The notes beneath the pieces were generated by a model. The model searched no databases. It was not told where the DNA came from and worked only from the letters and a program-made list of their open reading frames with translations. Shown here one piece after another: positions 9,545 to 18,821 of a DNA stretch of 64,000 bases. The DNA is from an uncultured virus (IMG/VR IMGVR_UViG_3300030101_004109) (taxonomy: Duplodnaviria > Heunggongvirae > Uroviricota > Caudoviricetes), in IMG/VR virus record IMGVR_UViG_3300030101_004109; one strand, written 5' to 3'. The translations under genes were made by a program, and so were the position numbers. Within the stretch, counting starts at the first letter, position 1, and each line of letters starts with the position of its first letter.

Positions 9545-9618
9545 GGGGTGTTTGGTTCCGCTCGTCCGACGCCTCTCCGCCCCCGGTCTGTGTGTGGTTG
9601 CATAGATCGGGGGCTTTT
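9545..9618 (+). ncRNA. Candidate 3'UTR-derived antisense RNA against the translation start of 366..1340
   Basis: 9545-9570 matches 1315-1338 at 24 nt with a 2-nt insertion, plus TCTCC complementary to that gene's SD; abuts the terminator. Confidence 0.6.
9579..9618 (+). terminator. Rho-independent terminator of capsid operon
   Basis: GCCCCCGGTCTGTG / CATAGATCGGGGGC stem followed by TTTT. Confidence 0.85.
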
Positions 9619-9637
9619 ATCTTGGGGAAACTAAAAG

Positions 9638-10519
9638 ATGGCCGAGCCAACCGTTCAGCAGTTAGTTGATATGTACGCCAACGTACCTCGAACCGAGGTT
9701 GAGATGGAAGGCGCCGTTGTGCGCGGCCAGATCCCCAAACCTGTTTATAGAGACGGCGTTAATTTAGACGTTTCTATGGTTGGCGATAAGTTTGTACACA
9801 TTGGAAAGTTATCTGAGCTAGAAAATATTATAGGTTCTTTTAGCCCTTCTTACAAAGAACTGGGTCGGCGCGTTGACCCTTCTATGCGCGCGGTTCACTC
9901 CGAGCTTGCAGAGTTACGAAAACGACGAGTCGCAGAATCGGACGAATACAAAGATGGTAAGATTGTAGCCTATGGTTCTGGTGTGGGCACGCGGCATACA
10001 AATGATCCTATGGAATACTACGGAATGGATGTGCTGACTCCTGTTGGCGCGGGGGCATTTCTTGTAGTAGGGGCAAGCGCAGGAAAAGACGAGCAAGGAA
10101 ATGATATACCTATTATTGTATATCAAGATAGCGGTAAAATAGGTGAAGGCAAAAGAGCCATAGGAGCCGCCGGTCCTTATGGCGGGGATCTTGCTTTAGG
10201 CTACCGCTACCCTTCTGCCGAAGACAAATCTTATTTTACTTCTGGCGCAGACGGTTTTGGGTTTCACAATCAATACATTGTACCCCGCTCTAAGATTATT
10301 GATTACCCGTTTGACCCTTCTGTAAATGTGGGCCTCGAAGCATCACGTAACTACGGGCAAGACTTCTCAGAAAGAATCGCCCCTGAACCTATCCCACCGC
10401 CTCCTGTACTGGCTCCAATGCCCCCTCCGGCTGCTATGCCTGTAGAACTAGACGAGCCGTCCATGTACGATCGACCGTACAGAAGTCCGTTCCGTACTAT
10501 GTACAAAAAAGGAAACTGA
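9638..10519 (+). CDS. Hypothetical, putative internal head protein
   Basis: N-terminal TVQQLVDMY tag; late operon position. Confidence 0.6.
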   Translation: MAEPTVQQLVDMYANVPRTEVEMEGAVVRGQIPKPVYRDGVNLDVSMVGDKFVHIGKLSELENIIGSFSPSYKELGRRVDPSMRAVHSELAELRKRRVAESDEYKDGKIVAYGSGVGTRHTNDPMEYYGMDVLTPVGAGAFLVVGASAGKDEQGNDIPIIVYQDSGKIGEGKRAIGAAGPYGGDLALGYRYPSAEDKSYFTSGADGFGFHNQYIVPRSKIIDYPFDPSVNVGLEASRNYGQDFSERIAPEPIPPPPVLAPMPPPAAMPVELDEPSMYDRPYRSPFRTMYKKGN

Positions 10520-10520
10520 T

Positions 10521-11303
10521 ATGCCGACCGAAGGTAAACTATACACTATGGATATGTTGAATCGTATCGCTCAGGGTGAGTTTGATGACGATTTACGCAC
10601 GGCTAATATGATTGAAGCGGGTATCGATCCTACCCGCGCTAGAAAATATGCAGTAGACTCAAAGCGTTTAGCTATGGACTACTGGCACCCTAATTCGTCT
10701 TATAGGTCTCCAGACAGATTGAATCTCTCATATGCCGTTCGTAACCCCAGTTTATCTGTCCCCGCAGATGTTGTTGCAGGCATCAACATAGCTAGCCAAC
10801 GGGCTGATGACCGAGGGGGCATGTTTCCAACCAGACAAAACTATGCAAAATACCTTAATGAAGGTTATCCCGGCGCACCGGGGGAAGATTACGTAAAGGC
10901 TATTCAAGATAGAATTGATTTAATAGATTTTGCGCTTCCTGAAGGCTACGATGGCTCAGAACGCTATATGAGAGAAGCGGATTTGTCTCGGCGTATGGGT
11001 GAACCGCTTACAGAAGAAGTAAGACTTGTTGAAGTAAAAAGAGATTTAGAAAGTAGGCTGGGCAACTTTAAAGAATCAAGACAGCGTTATTTTGCAGAAT
11101 CTCTACCTAACAGTAATCTACCTTTTTTCAGCTCTCCTGAGTTTGTTACCACTCTTGCTTCTGCTATGCCTTACACAAAAGGAGAAGATTTTAGAGACAT
11201 GAAACGCGCTTTGTACAGACGCTACGAACTAGTAAATAGAGACGCTGAACCGTATGCTACTGATGAACCTATAGAATATTTAATGAAGTTATATAGTCAA
11301 TAA
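10521..11303 (+). CDS. Hypothetical, putative internal head protein (paralog of 12380..13207)
   Basis: DRIDLIDFALPEGYDGS block shared with 12380. Confidence 0.6.
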   Translation: MPTEGKLYTMDMLNRIAQGEFDDDLRTANMIEAGIDPTRARKYAVDSKRLAMDYWHPNSSYRSPDRLNLSYAVRNPSLSVPADVVAGINIASQRADDRGGMFPTRQNYAKYLNEGYPGAPGEDYVKAIQDRIDLIDFALPEGYDGSERYMREADLSRRMGEPLTEEVRLVEVKRDLESRLGNFKESRQRYFAESLPNSNLPFFSSPEFVTTLASAMPYTKGEDFRDMKRALYRRYELVNRDAEPYATDEPIEYLMKLYSQ

Positions 11304-11310
11304 TCTTTGG

Positions 11311-11339
11311 TTGATCAGTTCAAAGACTTTGGTTATACT
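11311..11339 (+). promoter_or_regulatory. Sigma70-type internal promoter
   Basis: TTGATC-N17-TATACT in the only sizeable intergenic gap of the cassette. Confidence 0.5.
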
Positions 11340-11395
11340 ATCGTCGAAGCCGAAGCTGCTGCCGCCCTCGCCGCCCTACTCTAAAGGATAAGATA

Positions 11396-12373
11396 ATGTC
11401 TGATGAAATGACTGCTGAAGAACTGGTTACATTGTATAACACGTATCGTCCTTCCCCCGCAGGAAGACCCGTTACAGGCTATGTACGACAGCCATATGAG
11501 GGTGCTCCTAAAGGCTACGGGGTGGGTAGAAGTGGAGATCCAGATGCCGGACCTACCAGAGAAGAAGTAGCGGCTGCTACGGCAACAGGCCAAAACTATA
11601 TCTATACACAAGATATGTCAGGCATAGACACCCGCCGCACTTTACCTCATGAACAAGTTTTATATAAGTATTTTGGTAGGGCAGCACCTGTAAAAGCTAT
11701 TGAAGCGGCTCAGCTTTTTGACTATGATAACACCTACGTATATGAGCCCTCCCTGGACATTGAAACTCACGAAAAAATTTACGAACCATTTAGAACTCAG
11801 TATTATACGCAAGATTTAAGCCCCGCTTTGCAGGCGGCCATAAGAAGAGAGCAAGCGCTTGCCGCCAAAGAAGACTCTGAATTTGGCGGCTACATAGAGC
11901 TGTACTCTCGTGATTATGAAGATATGCGTAAAGCCAGAACTGATAAGCTTAGGCAGCGGGCTTTATTAGAACTAGATGCTATGTATCCTGGAATTGTTGA
12001 TATAGGGCGTACCCGCATAGGCGAAAATGCCCGCGAAGACTTCCGCCCTTATGGTATAGCGGGGATAAGCTACGGCATGAAGGGCGATCATAAACAACTT
12101 TTAATCGACGATATTAAAGAGTTGGCTGAAACTCATGTTAGCGGTTTTGAGTCGGGCAATCCGCAGTTTTACACTCAGCGTCCCGGTTATGCCGGTGAGA
12201 CTTTACTAGACGAAGCGCGCCGAACCCTTACGTACTTTAGGCAAATGTACCCTGAAGACGCCCAAAGCGCGAGATTGCTTGGACGTTATATCAATGATGT
12301 AGAAGCTAAGTATCCCATGATGCAGGGCGCAACTGAGTTTCCTGCCCGATCTGATCTGCCCAACAAGGAATAG
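11396..12373 (+). CDS. Hypothetical, putative internal head protein (paralog of 13609..14415)
   Basis: N-terminal MTAEELVTLY tag. Confidence 0.6.
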   Translation: MSDEMTAEELVTLYNTYRPSPAGRPVTGYVRQPYEGAPKGYGVGRSGDPDAGPTREEVAAATATGQNYIYTQDMSGIDTRRTLPHEQVLYKYFGRAAPVKAIEAAQLFDYDNTYVYEPSLDIETHEKIYEPFRTQYYTQDLSPALQAAIRREQALAAKEDSEFGGYIELYSRDYEDMRKARTDKLRQRALLELDAMYPGIVDIGRTRIGENAREDFRPYGIAGISYGMKGDHKQLLIDDIKELAETHVSGFESGNPQFYTQRPGYAGETLLDEARRTLTYFRQMYPEDAQSARLLGRYINDVEAKYPMMQGATEFPARSDLPNKE

Positions 12374-12379
12374 AGAATC

Positions 12380-13207
12380 ATGGCTGACATGAGAAATCGT
12401 CGTTTGTACCGTAGTGGCATGGAACCTGTGCCTGGAAAGCGTAGCATTACTGCCGAAGAGTTGGTAGAAATGTACACTTCGGGCATGGAATCGCCTAGAG
12501 AAAGTATGCCTCTCGATGGCTATTACTCTCGTTTTGTAGATCCTGAAGTTTTAGGGCCTGCTCCTGCCCAGCCTGCACGTTCTATGCCCCCCGAACCTAA
12601 GCGGCCCGTTATGTACTATTCGCCTAAGATGGGTCGGAATGTTCCTGCGGGGCAAATCTATAACGAGGCAAGAGAAGCTAATAGGGCTATCGTGGATCTA
12701 ATGATGCAAGGAGCGCCCGTTTATAGCTACTATGATTACGGCTTGGGCTCTGAAGATGAACCATTAATGCCCGGTGCTACTAGATACAAAGCAGGTATGG
12801 GTTCCTCTAACTTACCTTTTGATCCCGGCTATGATGAAAGTCTTTACGATAGCACGGCGGCTGACAGCGCCCTACAACTTGGAAGTGTTGTTCCTCAGTT
12901 GCGCTACAGAGATAGCAAAAAAATAAACGCTCCTCCTTTCAGCTCTCCTTTTTACTACGATAGAGTTAAGATGATCATGGAAGAGTTGCCTAAAGGGTAC
13001 TACGGCTCTGCCCAACATCTAGCCGACGAAAAACGTAGAGAAGCTACAGGAGAAGTTACGCCAAATCTGCATCTTGCCCGGATGGCGGGTCTATTAATGC
13101 GAAAGTCTGGGGTTGAACCTAGTGCAGCTTTTTTTGAGGATGTAACACGTAATGTTTTCTTTGACCCTGAAAGCTACGTCGGCCCCCCTTCTTTTGAGGA
13201 AAAATAA
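12380..13207 (+). CDS. Hypothetical, putative internal head protein
   Basis: ITAEELVEMY tag near the N-terminus. Confidence 0.6.
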   Translation: MADMRNRRLYRSGMEPVPGKRSITAEELVEMYTSGMESPRESMPLDGYYSRFVDPEVLGPAPAQPARSMPPEPKRPVMYYSPKMGRNVPAGQIYNEAREANRAIVDLMMQGAPVYSYYDYGLGSEDEPLMPGATRYKAGMGSSNLPFDPGYDESLYDSTAADSALQLGSVVPQLRYRDSKKINAPPFSSPFYYDRVKMIMEELPKGYYGSAQHLADEKRREATGEVTPNLHLARMAGLLMRKSGVEPSAAFFEDVTRNVFFDPESYVGPPSFEEK

Positions 13208-13209
13208 TC

Positions 13210-13602
13210 ATGCCTAATGAAATGACTGCCGAAGAACTTGTCAAACTGTATGCGCCTAAAGTGCCCACGGCTGCGGGGGGTATTGATAGTTTAGAAGAAA
13301 CTAACAAAAGAAAAGTCAGAAGAGACATTAGGCGAGGGCAGCGGCAAGGATTCGGCCCTAGCAGTTCTTATGGGCGTGATACAAAAGAGCTAATTCGCGC
13401 TTTTGACGGTGTGACTACGCCAGCTCAAGAATTAATGTCTAAATATCGTAGTGGCGCTAAAGATAGTCGTGCGTCTTTTATGGCCCAGCAACAAGAGCTG
13501 TTTAACGCTAGACGAGACGCAGATATGAAGGCTCAGCAAGATGCTGCTTTAGCCCGTATAAGAGCTGCAAAAGCGGTAGAAGCCAAAAAAGCAAAGGAAT
13601 AG
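13210..13602 (+). CDS. Hypothetical, putative internal head protein
   Basis: N-terminal MTAEELVKLY tag; basic. Confidence 0.6.
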   Translation: MPNEMTAEELVKLYAPKVPTAAGGIDSLEETNKRKVRRDIRRGQRQGFGPSSSYGRDTKELIRAFDGVTTPAQELMSKYRSGAKDSRASFMAQQQELFNARRDADMKAQQDAALARIRAAKAVEAKKAKE

Positions 13603-13608
13603 ATAATC

Positions 13609-14415
13609 ATGACTACACCCAATGTACCCAGTGAAGCTGAAATCGCTCGCGACATGATTAGCCCTTCCGCGCAGAAACGAGCGGCTAAAATGCCTCGGGG
13701 TTTTCGTCCTTTTGAGTCTGAACCGTACTCTCAGTACGACGCTGACTTAGCTATGTATGGCACGCCCGATCAAAAGCTAGTCATGCAGGCAGTCAAAGAT
13801 TCGCCTTACATGGAAGACGTTATGTACGCGGGCATGGCGGAAACAGGTTTTGATGGTAGCTATGAAGGGTTAAAAGAAATTGTTAACCGTGAGCTGGATG
13901 CTCATTATTCGGGTGCTGCCACAATGCCTAACTTTTACACAGATAGAAGGGCTGATGAAGATGTGACGCATCTGGATTATGCTTACGATGCTTTGCAGAT
14001 TATGAAAACAGTTTACCCCGAAAATGTAGTTGAAAATAATCTGTTTGAACAAAAGCTTGATGCTTTTATCAAGATGGGCGATGAAGCTTCTGCCAGTAAA
14101 GATCCTGTGCTGCAGCGGGGCCTGCCCATTAGACCTGAGCTACTTCCTGATTTTTCCACAGAAATGAAGATTGGCGAACCGTTTATTCAACCTAGAGACG
14201 AAAAACAGTTTGATCTGATCAACAAATCTATCGATCGCAAAGTAAAAAAACTGCGCTCTATGCTTGATGAAGAAATGGACAGCTATAGTGCCGAAAAGCC
14301 TGAAAAGGACCGGCAAGAAGCTATCTCTAACATAACGACCATTGACAGTAAAATCAAGAGTCTTGAGACAGAACGCGCTAACTTGCTTAAAATGTACAAC
14401 ATGGAACCGGAGTAA
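13609..14415 (+). CDS. Hypothetical, putative internal head protein
   Basis: HYSG...PNFYTDR...YPE block shared with 11396. Confidence 0.6.
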   Translation: MTTPNVPSEAEIARDMISPSAQKRAAKMPRGFRPFESEPYSQYDADLAMYGTPDQKLVMQAVKDSPYMEDVMYAGMAETGFDGSYEGLKEIVNRELDAHYSGAATMPNFYTDRRADEDVTHLDYAYDALQIMKTVYPENVVENNLFEQKLDAFIKMGDEASASKDPVLQRGLPIRPELLPDFSTEMKIGEPFIQPRDEKQFDLINKSIDRKVKKLRSMLDEEMDSYSAEKPEKDRQEAISNITTIDSKIKSLETERANLLKMYNMEPE

Positions 14416-14421
14416 AGTATC

Positions 14422-14712
14422 ATGAGCTACGGAATGTATCAGCTTTCTAGAGAAGAACTTGCCGAAATAAACACCATTATCGGAGAGTTACGAAAAGCGT
14501 CTAAACTGCACGCGGGGCAGGCAGACCGGTTACAGGCTATCTACGACCGGTGCTCCGGGGATGACATGCGGCGTCCTATGCACATGAAACCCCCAGGCCA
14601 TCATAAGCCTCCTATGCACCATGAAGATGATGAAATGGTCACCATTATAGCCCTCTATGCGGGCGAAGGAGAAGGTTATGGCCCAATCCCCAATGTCCCG
14701 AGCACGTATTAG
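14422..14712 (+). CDS. Small hypothetical protein
   Basis: GGAG RBS; ELRKASKLHAGQADRL helix; His/Pro-rich linker. Confidence 0.55.
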   Translation: MSYGMYQLSREELAEINTIIGELRKASKLHAGQADRLQAIYDRCSGDDMRRPMHMKPPGHHKPPMHHEDDEMVTIIALYAGEGEGYGPIPNVPSTY

Positions 14713-16222
14713 GCATCATGCAGCAAGACGTTGTGGATTTAGGGCGCTGTCACAAAGGCAGCTAACTGATTTAAATGAAGAAATTGACAATGCGTTAGCT
14801 ATGATGTCGGCTGATTGCATTGAGGCGTTTGCTTTTGCCCCTGCAGAAGTTGACGTAATGCAATTATATAGGTTAGACACCTACTCTGCGGGAGTAAAGG
14901 CCGTAGCAGGACTGCCCGCTATTATTCAAAATAGAATGTTAGAGATCACCGATGCTGATGGTACGCCCCTAACTAACAGTACATTAACAGCTATTTTAGA
15001 CGCTCAGAACGGTACATGGGACGGCCGTATGTGGCTGCGTATCACAACAGGGGGTAATACGTATCTTTTGCAATCAAGAGAATGGTTTAGCGATACGCCA
15101 CAAGGACAATCGCCTCCTGTAACTAACTATTATGTTTCATTAGTAGAGCCCTTACCTTTTTCTACCACCGACGCTATTATTTCAGTTGAAATATTCCAGC
15201 GGCACATTTGGTTCCCTGGTGACACCACTTATGTGAAAGCTATGGGCGCAGATTCGGGGTCGTTCTTTAACGCCATCACTGAGATTGATCCAGGCACCGC
15301 CCGCTATCGTATGGCGTCTCTTCGTGATGAAATATCGGCTGGAGACGTGCACAATATATGGAGAGACACAAGGTATAATATGCCCGAGCCGGTAGAGCCG
15401 CCTACTATTTCTTTACACGGCAGCTCTACTTGGAATAACACTAAATTTTCTAAAGGAACATTTGAGTTTTGTTTTACCTATGTTTGGGGCCGCGTGAGTA
15501 ACTTGGCCAGTGGCAACAGCTCAAGAGGCATTTTTCAGCCTCTATGGGAATCTGCCCCTAGCCCTCTAAGCACTTTTACTATGTCCAATGGCACAACAGC
15601 TGCGTTAGTAATTCAAACTACTAACGTAGATGCTCAGGTAGGCTTCTCTCATCCTGATTTAAGCGGAACTATATGGGAAAGTCGAAGCGGCTTGCGCATT
15701 CGCATATATGTCAGAGTTAAGTCTTTAGTAGCAAATACGGGTGATGTTAGATTTAGAACGGTAGAAACTTCTGATAAGTTTTTACTTTTACAGGAAATTG
15801 AGCCTACAGCTATTGTTAGCAGTGGGTACGCTTCATACCTGTGGGATGGCACAGCCATTCCTGACTATGAAACACTGTTAAAGCCTGTTCCGGGCTATTT
15901 TGGCTATGGCATGTTTCCCCAGCCATTGACCGATCGCGCGTTGGACTTCACTATCCGTCGTATGCCGCACCAGCTTCAAGATGATTCTATGTCTGTACAT
16001 ATGCACCCGGATGGTAGAGAGGCGTTAATTCAATTGGTGGTTTCTGCGATAAAGCAGTCAGATGGTGACATGGGTGGGGCGCAGATAGCCAAGAATGAAT
16101 ATTTGCGCCTTGTCGATGGTCTTCGCGCTCGATACGGTAACCCTGGCGCATTTGGCTTACCCCGTGGAATGGGCGATGATTATGCGCTGACAACCGAGCC
16201 GATCACGGTCTTTGCGACCTAA
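14678..16222 (+). CDS. Head-tail adaptor / tail tubular protein A-like
   Basis: N-terminal LNEEIDNAL helix, GMFPQP and C-terminal helical closure typical of podoviral adaptors; start at MAQSP after GGAG. Confidence 0.55.
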   Translation: MAQSPMSRARIRHHAARRCGFRALSQRQLTDLNEEIDNALAMMSADCIEAFAFAPAEVDVMQLYRLDTYSAGVKAVAGLPAIIQNRMLEITDADGTPLTNSTLTAILDAQNGTWDGRMWLRITTGGNTYLLQSREWFSDTPQGQSPPVTNYYVSLVEPLPFSTTDAIISVEIFQRHIWFPGDTTYVKAMGADSGSFFNAITEIDPGTARYRMASLRDEISAGDVHNIWRDTRYNMPEPVEPPTISLHGSSTWNNTKFSKGTFEFCFTYVWGRVSNLASGNSSRGIFQPLWESAPSPLSTFTMSNGTTAALVIQTTNVDAQVGFSHPDLSGTIWESRSGLRIRIYVRVKSLVANTGDVRFRTVETSDKFLLLQEIEPTAIVSSGYASYLWDGTAIPDYETLLKPVPGYFGYGMFPQPLTDRALDFTIRRMPHQLQDDSMSVHMHPDGREALIQLVVSAIKQSDGDMGGAQIAKNEYLRLVDGLRARYGNPGAFGLPRGMGDDYALTTEPITVFAT

Positions 16223-16245
16223 ACCTAAAAACGAGCGTAACCACC

Positions 16246-16716
16246 ATGCCAAGAATCAAGCGTCCAACCGCTTTAGACGTTTTCCTTTGTGTTAGAAGCG
16301 GTATCAATCAAGTAGTAGAAGCTACCTGTGTAGTTGAATACCCTCAGTCTCGTCCCGATCAGTGGACGGCGATCTTTCCCGATAATGTCCGCATTAACTG
16401 GAATACGAACAAGTGGCGGGCGTTCGATGACTACCATCCTAAAGATTGGGTTCGCACAGGTGCCTACTACTATCCGGTAGATTGCGCTGAGCGTTTTCCT
16501 GAAGTTTCGGACAAAGAAACATTCAAAGCTTATTGGGAAAGAGTCAAGCTGCTTAAACTTGAAGGCATGGACAGATTAAAAGAGTCTGACAAGAAAGCCA
16601 TCTTTGAAGAAAAGTCGGGGCGCCTTGCGGAAATTAAAGAGAAAGAAGAAAAGATTAAGAAAGCCAAAGCAGCTAATCCGAAGAAAAACTACCCCCCTGT
16701 AGCCTTACCTGGGTGA
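16246..16716 (+). CDS. Hypothetical protein
   Basis: Fills the operon gap, coding-like. Confidence 0.6.
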   Translation: MPRIKRPTALDVFLCVRSGINQVVEATCVVEYPQSRPDQWTAIFPDNVRINWNTNKWRAFDDYHPKDWVRTGAYYYPVDCAERFPEVSDKETFKAYWERVKLLKLEGMDRLKESDKKAIFEEKSGRLAEIKEKEEKIKKAKAANPKKNYPPVALPG

Positions 16717-16721
16717 CATAA

Positions 16722-18821
16722 ATGCCTTCCATCGATCGTCAGATAGCTTTTGGAATGAGTACCGTGCGGTATCGCACTACTCCCAATAAAGCCGATCTTA
16801 TTGAAAATATGGTTGTGACGAACGATGGAACTTTATGCTCCATGACGGGGCCTACAGTATACGAGCCTCGTCATGTTTTTTCTAAGGCCCCTACCGATTT
16901 AGGGCAAGTCCACTCTATATTTCACGGATACTTTAACGGCGGTGAAAAAGAAGTGCTACTTGCTCACGCAGGAAGCAACCTTTGGTACCATGTTGGGGCA
17001 AAGAAAGGTTGGGTGGCATTAACAACGCCCCGATTGCTTTCCAATGACACCGAAAAAACTGTTTATTCTTCTTTTGTTAAGTTTGCGGATCTTATTATTT
17101 TTTCGGATGGTTCTGGTCCACCTATCGTAATCAACGACTATTTAACGGTTACCTTACTTGGATTTACTCAAAAGCCAAGCTCGTTAGCGGTTAAAGGTCC
17201 TGAATCTACAGGGCAAGCGGATAATAAAGATTATGGAGAGGGCGCATTAGGTTATTCTTGGCCTGGGGGGTTAGGGTCTTCCAGCAGAAGACTTAACGGA
17301 ACTACGCCCCACATATTAAAGGGTACGTGGCGTTGGTGTGTTCGTTACCAAGATTTCTACGGTAACTATTCGCCTCTGTCTGACCGATCTGCCGAAATCG
17401 AGTACGGACCGAAAGACACACAAGAGTTTAGAGTTGGCGAGCTTCAAGTCGCGCGTATTGGTGGCAGTGACAATAAAGCCCGTCCTATACAAAAAGTTAA
17501 TACTACTATTAAAAGCTTACGGCGCGCTGCTGCCATAACTATACCAGATGATGTTCCTGATAACTGCAAACTTATTCAGATTGGGCGCACTAAAGACACA
17601 GAAAGAAACGATTCAGACTTTTATCTGGTCAAGTCGTTAGGTTCTTCGGGGGGTGTATTCCACGATCGGCGTAAAGATGCGGGCCTTACGCAGAAAATGA
17701 CTGACAACTTTCCTGTACCTGTTATTGAATCTATGTTGGTTGATAACGGGCGCTTGATGGTTTTATCCGGCCCTTATGTATACTTTTCTGATCCGGGCTT
17801 TCCTGGCACGTATAACATTGATAATCGTTTAATGATTACTGCAGATGGCCGAGAAGGCTCTGCGCTGTTTTCTTTGCAGGGTAAACGCTATGCGGCTACT
17901 CAGTACAGCATTATAGATGTTACAGAGTTAACTAACCCTATTGTTGTGACCAATCTTGTAGGCATAGCAGGCCCTAAGTCATGGACTTATCTTCCCGGAC
18001 AAACAGGTATTGTTTTTGTTTCTATGTCAGGGGTTTACTCTCTTTCCGGTGACGGTTTGTCTAAACTGTCCGATGACATCAATCATTTTTGGGATACAGA
18101 AGTAAATAGGGTTCGGTTAGATTTTTCTATTGTATGGTACTCTTTGAAGCGTAAAGAGGTTCGGATCGCGCTGGCTCCTGCAGGAGACATTTCAAATAAG
18201 CTGATTTTGGCTTACTCAGATTTAGGGTGGCGCACATACAGACTTAGCGTGTCTGTCAACTGCTTTGCTTACATTGATGAAATGGAAGCTATAGGGGGTA
18301 ATGACGGCCAATCCCGAACAGGCCAGTACACAGCGCACGATGTTTACATTTTAGAAAAAGAGTCCCCGGTATACACCCCTCCTGCTCGACAGGCTATCTA
18401 TGAGTCTGACTATATTCCCTTAGATGAAGCGTTAGGCTTTGTTAGGGGCAAAGTGCTAACTATGTACTTTGGTTTTATTGAAACTTACGCCGACACGGGT
18501 GCTGATGTTGAGTACGAAATAAACTATGATTCTGGTATTGCAGAGACGCACAAGATTAGATTAGAAGATACAGTTGGTGTGGACATTATGGATGGCGGAA
18601 CACGTCGTCACTCTTGGGGGTCTATTTTAATTGGGACTGACAACTTTCAAGAGAAAAGAAAAGTTTACAGAAAAGCGCGTATTGATCTAACTAATGCCAA
18701 TCGTTTTAAGTTTACCGTAAAGTGCGACTACCCTGTTATGCTTGAGCTGGTAGATTACTTGTTTGAGTTTAACGTCGAAGCTAAGCCTGGTAACCGCGAA
18801 GTCGATGTACTGGAAGTCTGA
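16722..18821 (+). CDS. Tail nozzle / stabilisation protein (beta-propeller)
   Basis: ADLIENMVV..DGTL N-terminal motif, VYFSDPGFP, beta-rich, typical size and position. Confidence 0.65.
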   Translation: MPSIDRQIAFGMSTVRYRTTPNKADLIENMVVTNDGTLCSMTGPTVYEPRHVFSKAPTDLGQVHSIFHGYFNGGEKEVLLAHAGSNLWYHVGAKKGWVALTTPRLLSNDTEKTVYSSFVKFADLIIFSDGSGPPIVINDYLTVTLLGFTQKPSSLAVKGPESTGQADNKDYGEGALGYSWPGGLGSSSRRLNGTTPHILKGTWRWCVRYQDFYGNYSPLSDRSAEIEYGPKDTQEFRVGELQVARIGGSDNKARPIQKVNTTIKSLRRAAAITIPDDVPDNCKLIQIGRTKDTERNDSDFYLVKSLGSSGGVFHDRRKDAGLTQKMTDNFPVPVIESMLVDNGRLMVLSGPYVYFSDPGFPGTYNIDNRLMITADGREGSALFSLQGKRYAATQYSIIDVTELTNPIVVTNLVGIAGPKSWTYLPGQTGIVFVSMSGVYSLSGDGLSKLSDDINHFWDTEVNRVRLDFSIVWYSLKRKEVRIALAPAGDISNKLILAYSDLGWRTYRLSVSVNCFAYIDEMEAIGGNDGQSRTGQYTAHDVYILEKESPVYTPPARQAIYESDYIPLDEALGFVRGKVLTMYFGFIETYADTGADVEYEINYDSGIAETHKIRLEDTVGVDIMDGGTRRHSWGSILIGTDNFQEKRKVYRKARIDLTNANRFKFTVKCDYPVMLELVDYLFEFNVEAKPGNREVDVLEV

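Noticed and set aside
11304..11384. In-frame extension SLVDQFKDFGYTIVEAEAAAALAALL after the TAA of 10521..11303 (readthrough or degron)
   Set aside because: TAA is rarely read through and the segment coincides with a promoter and leader; no supporting signal
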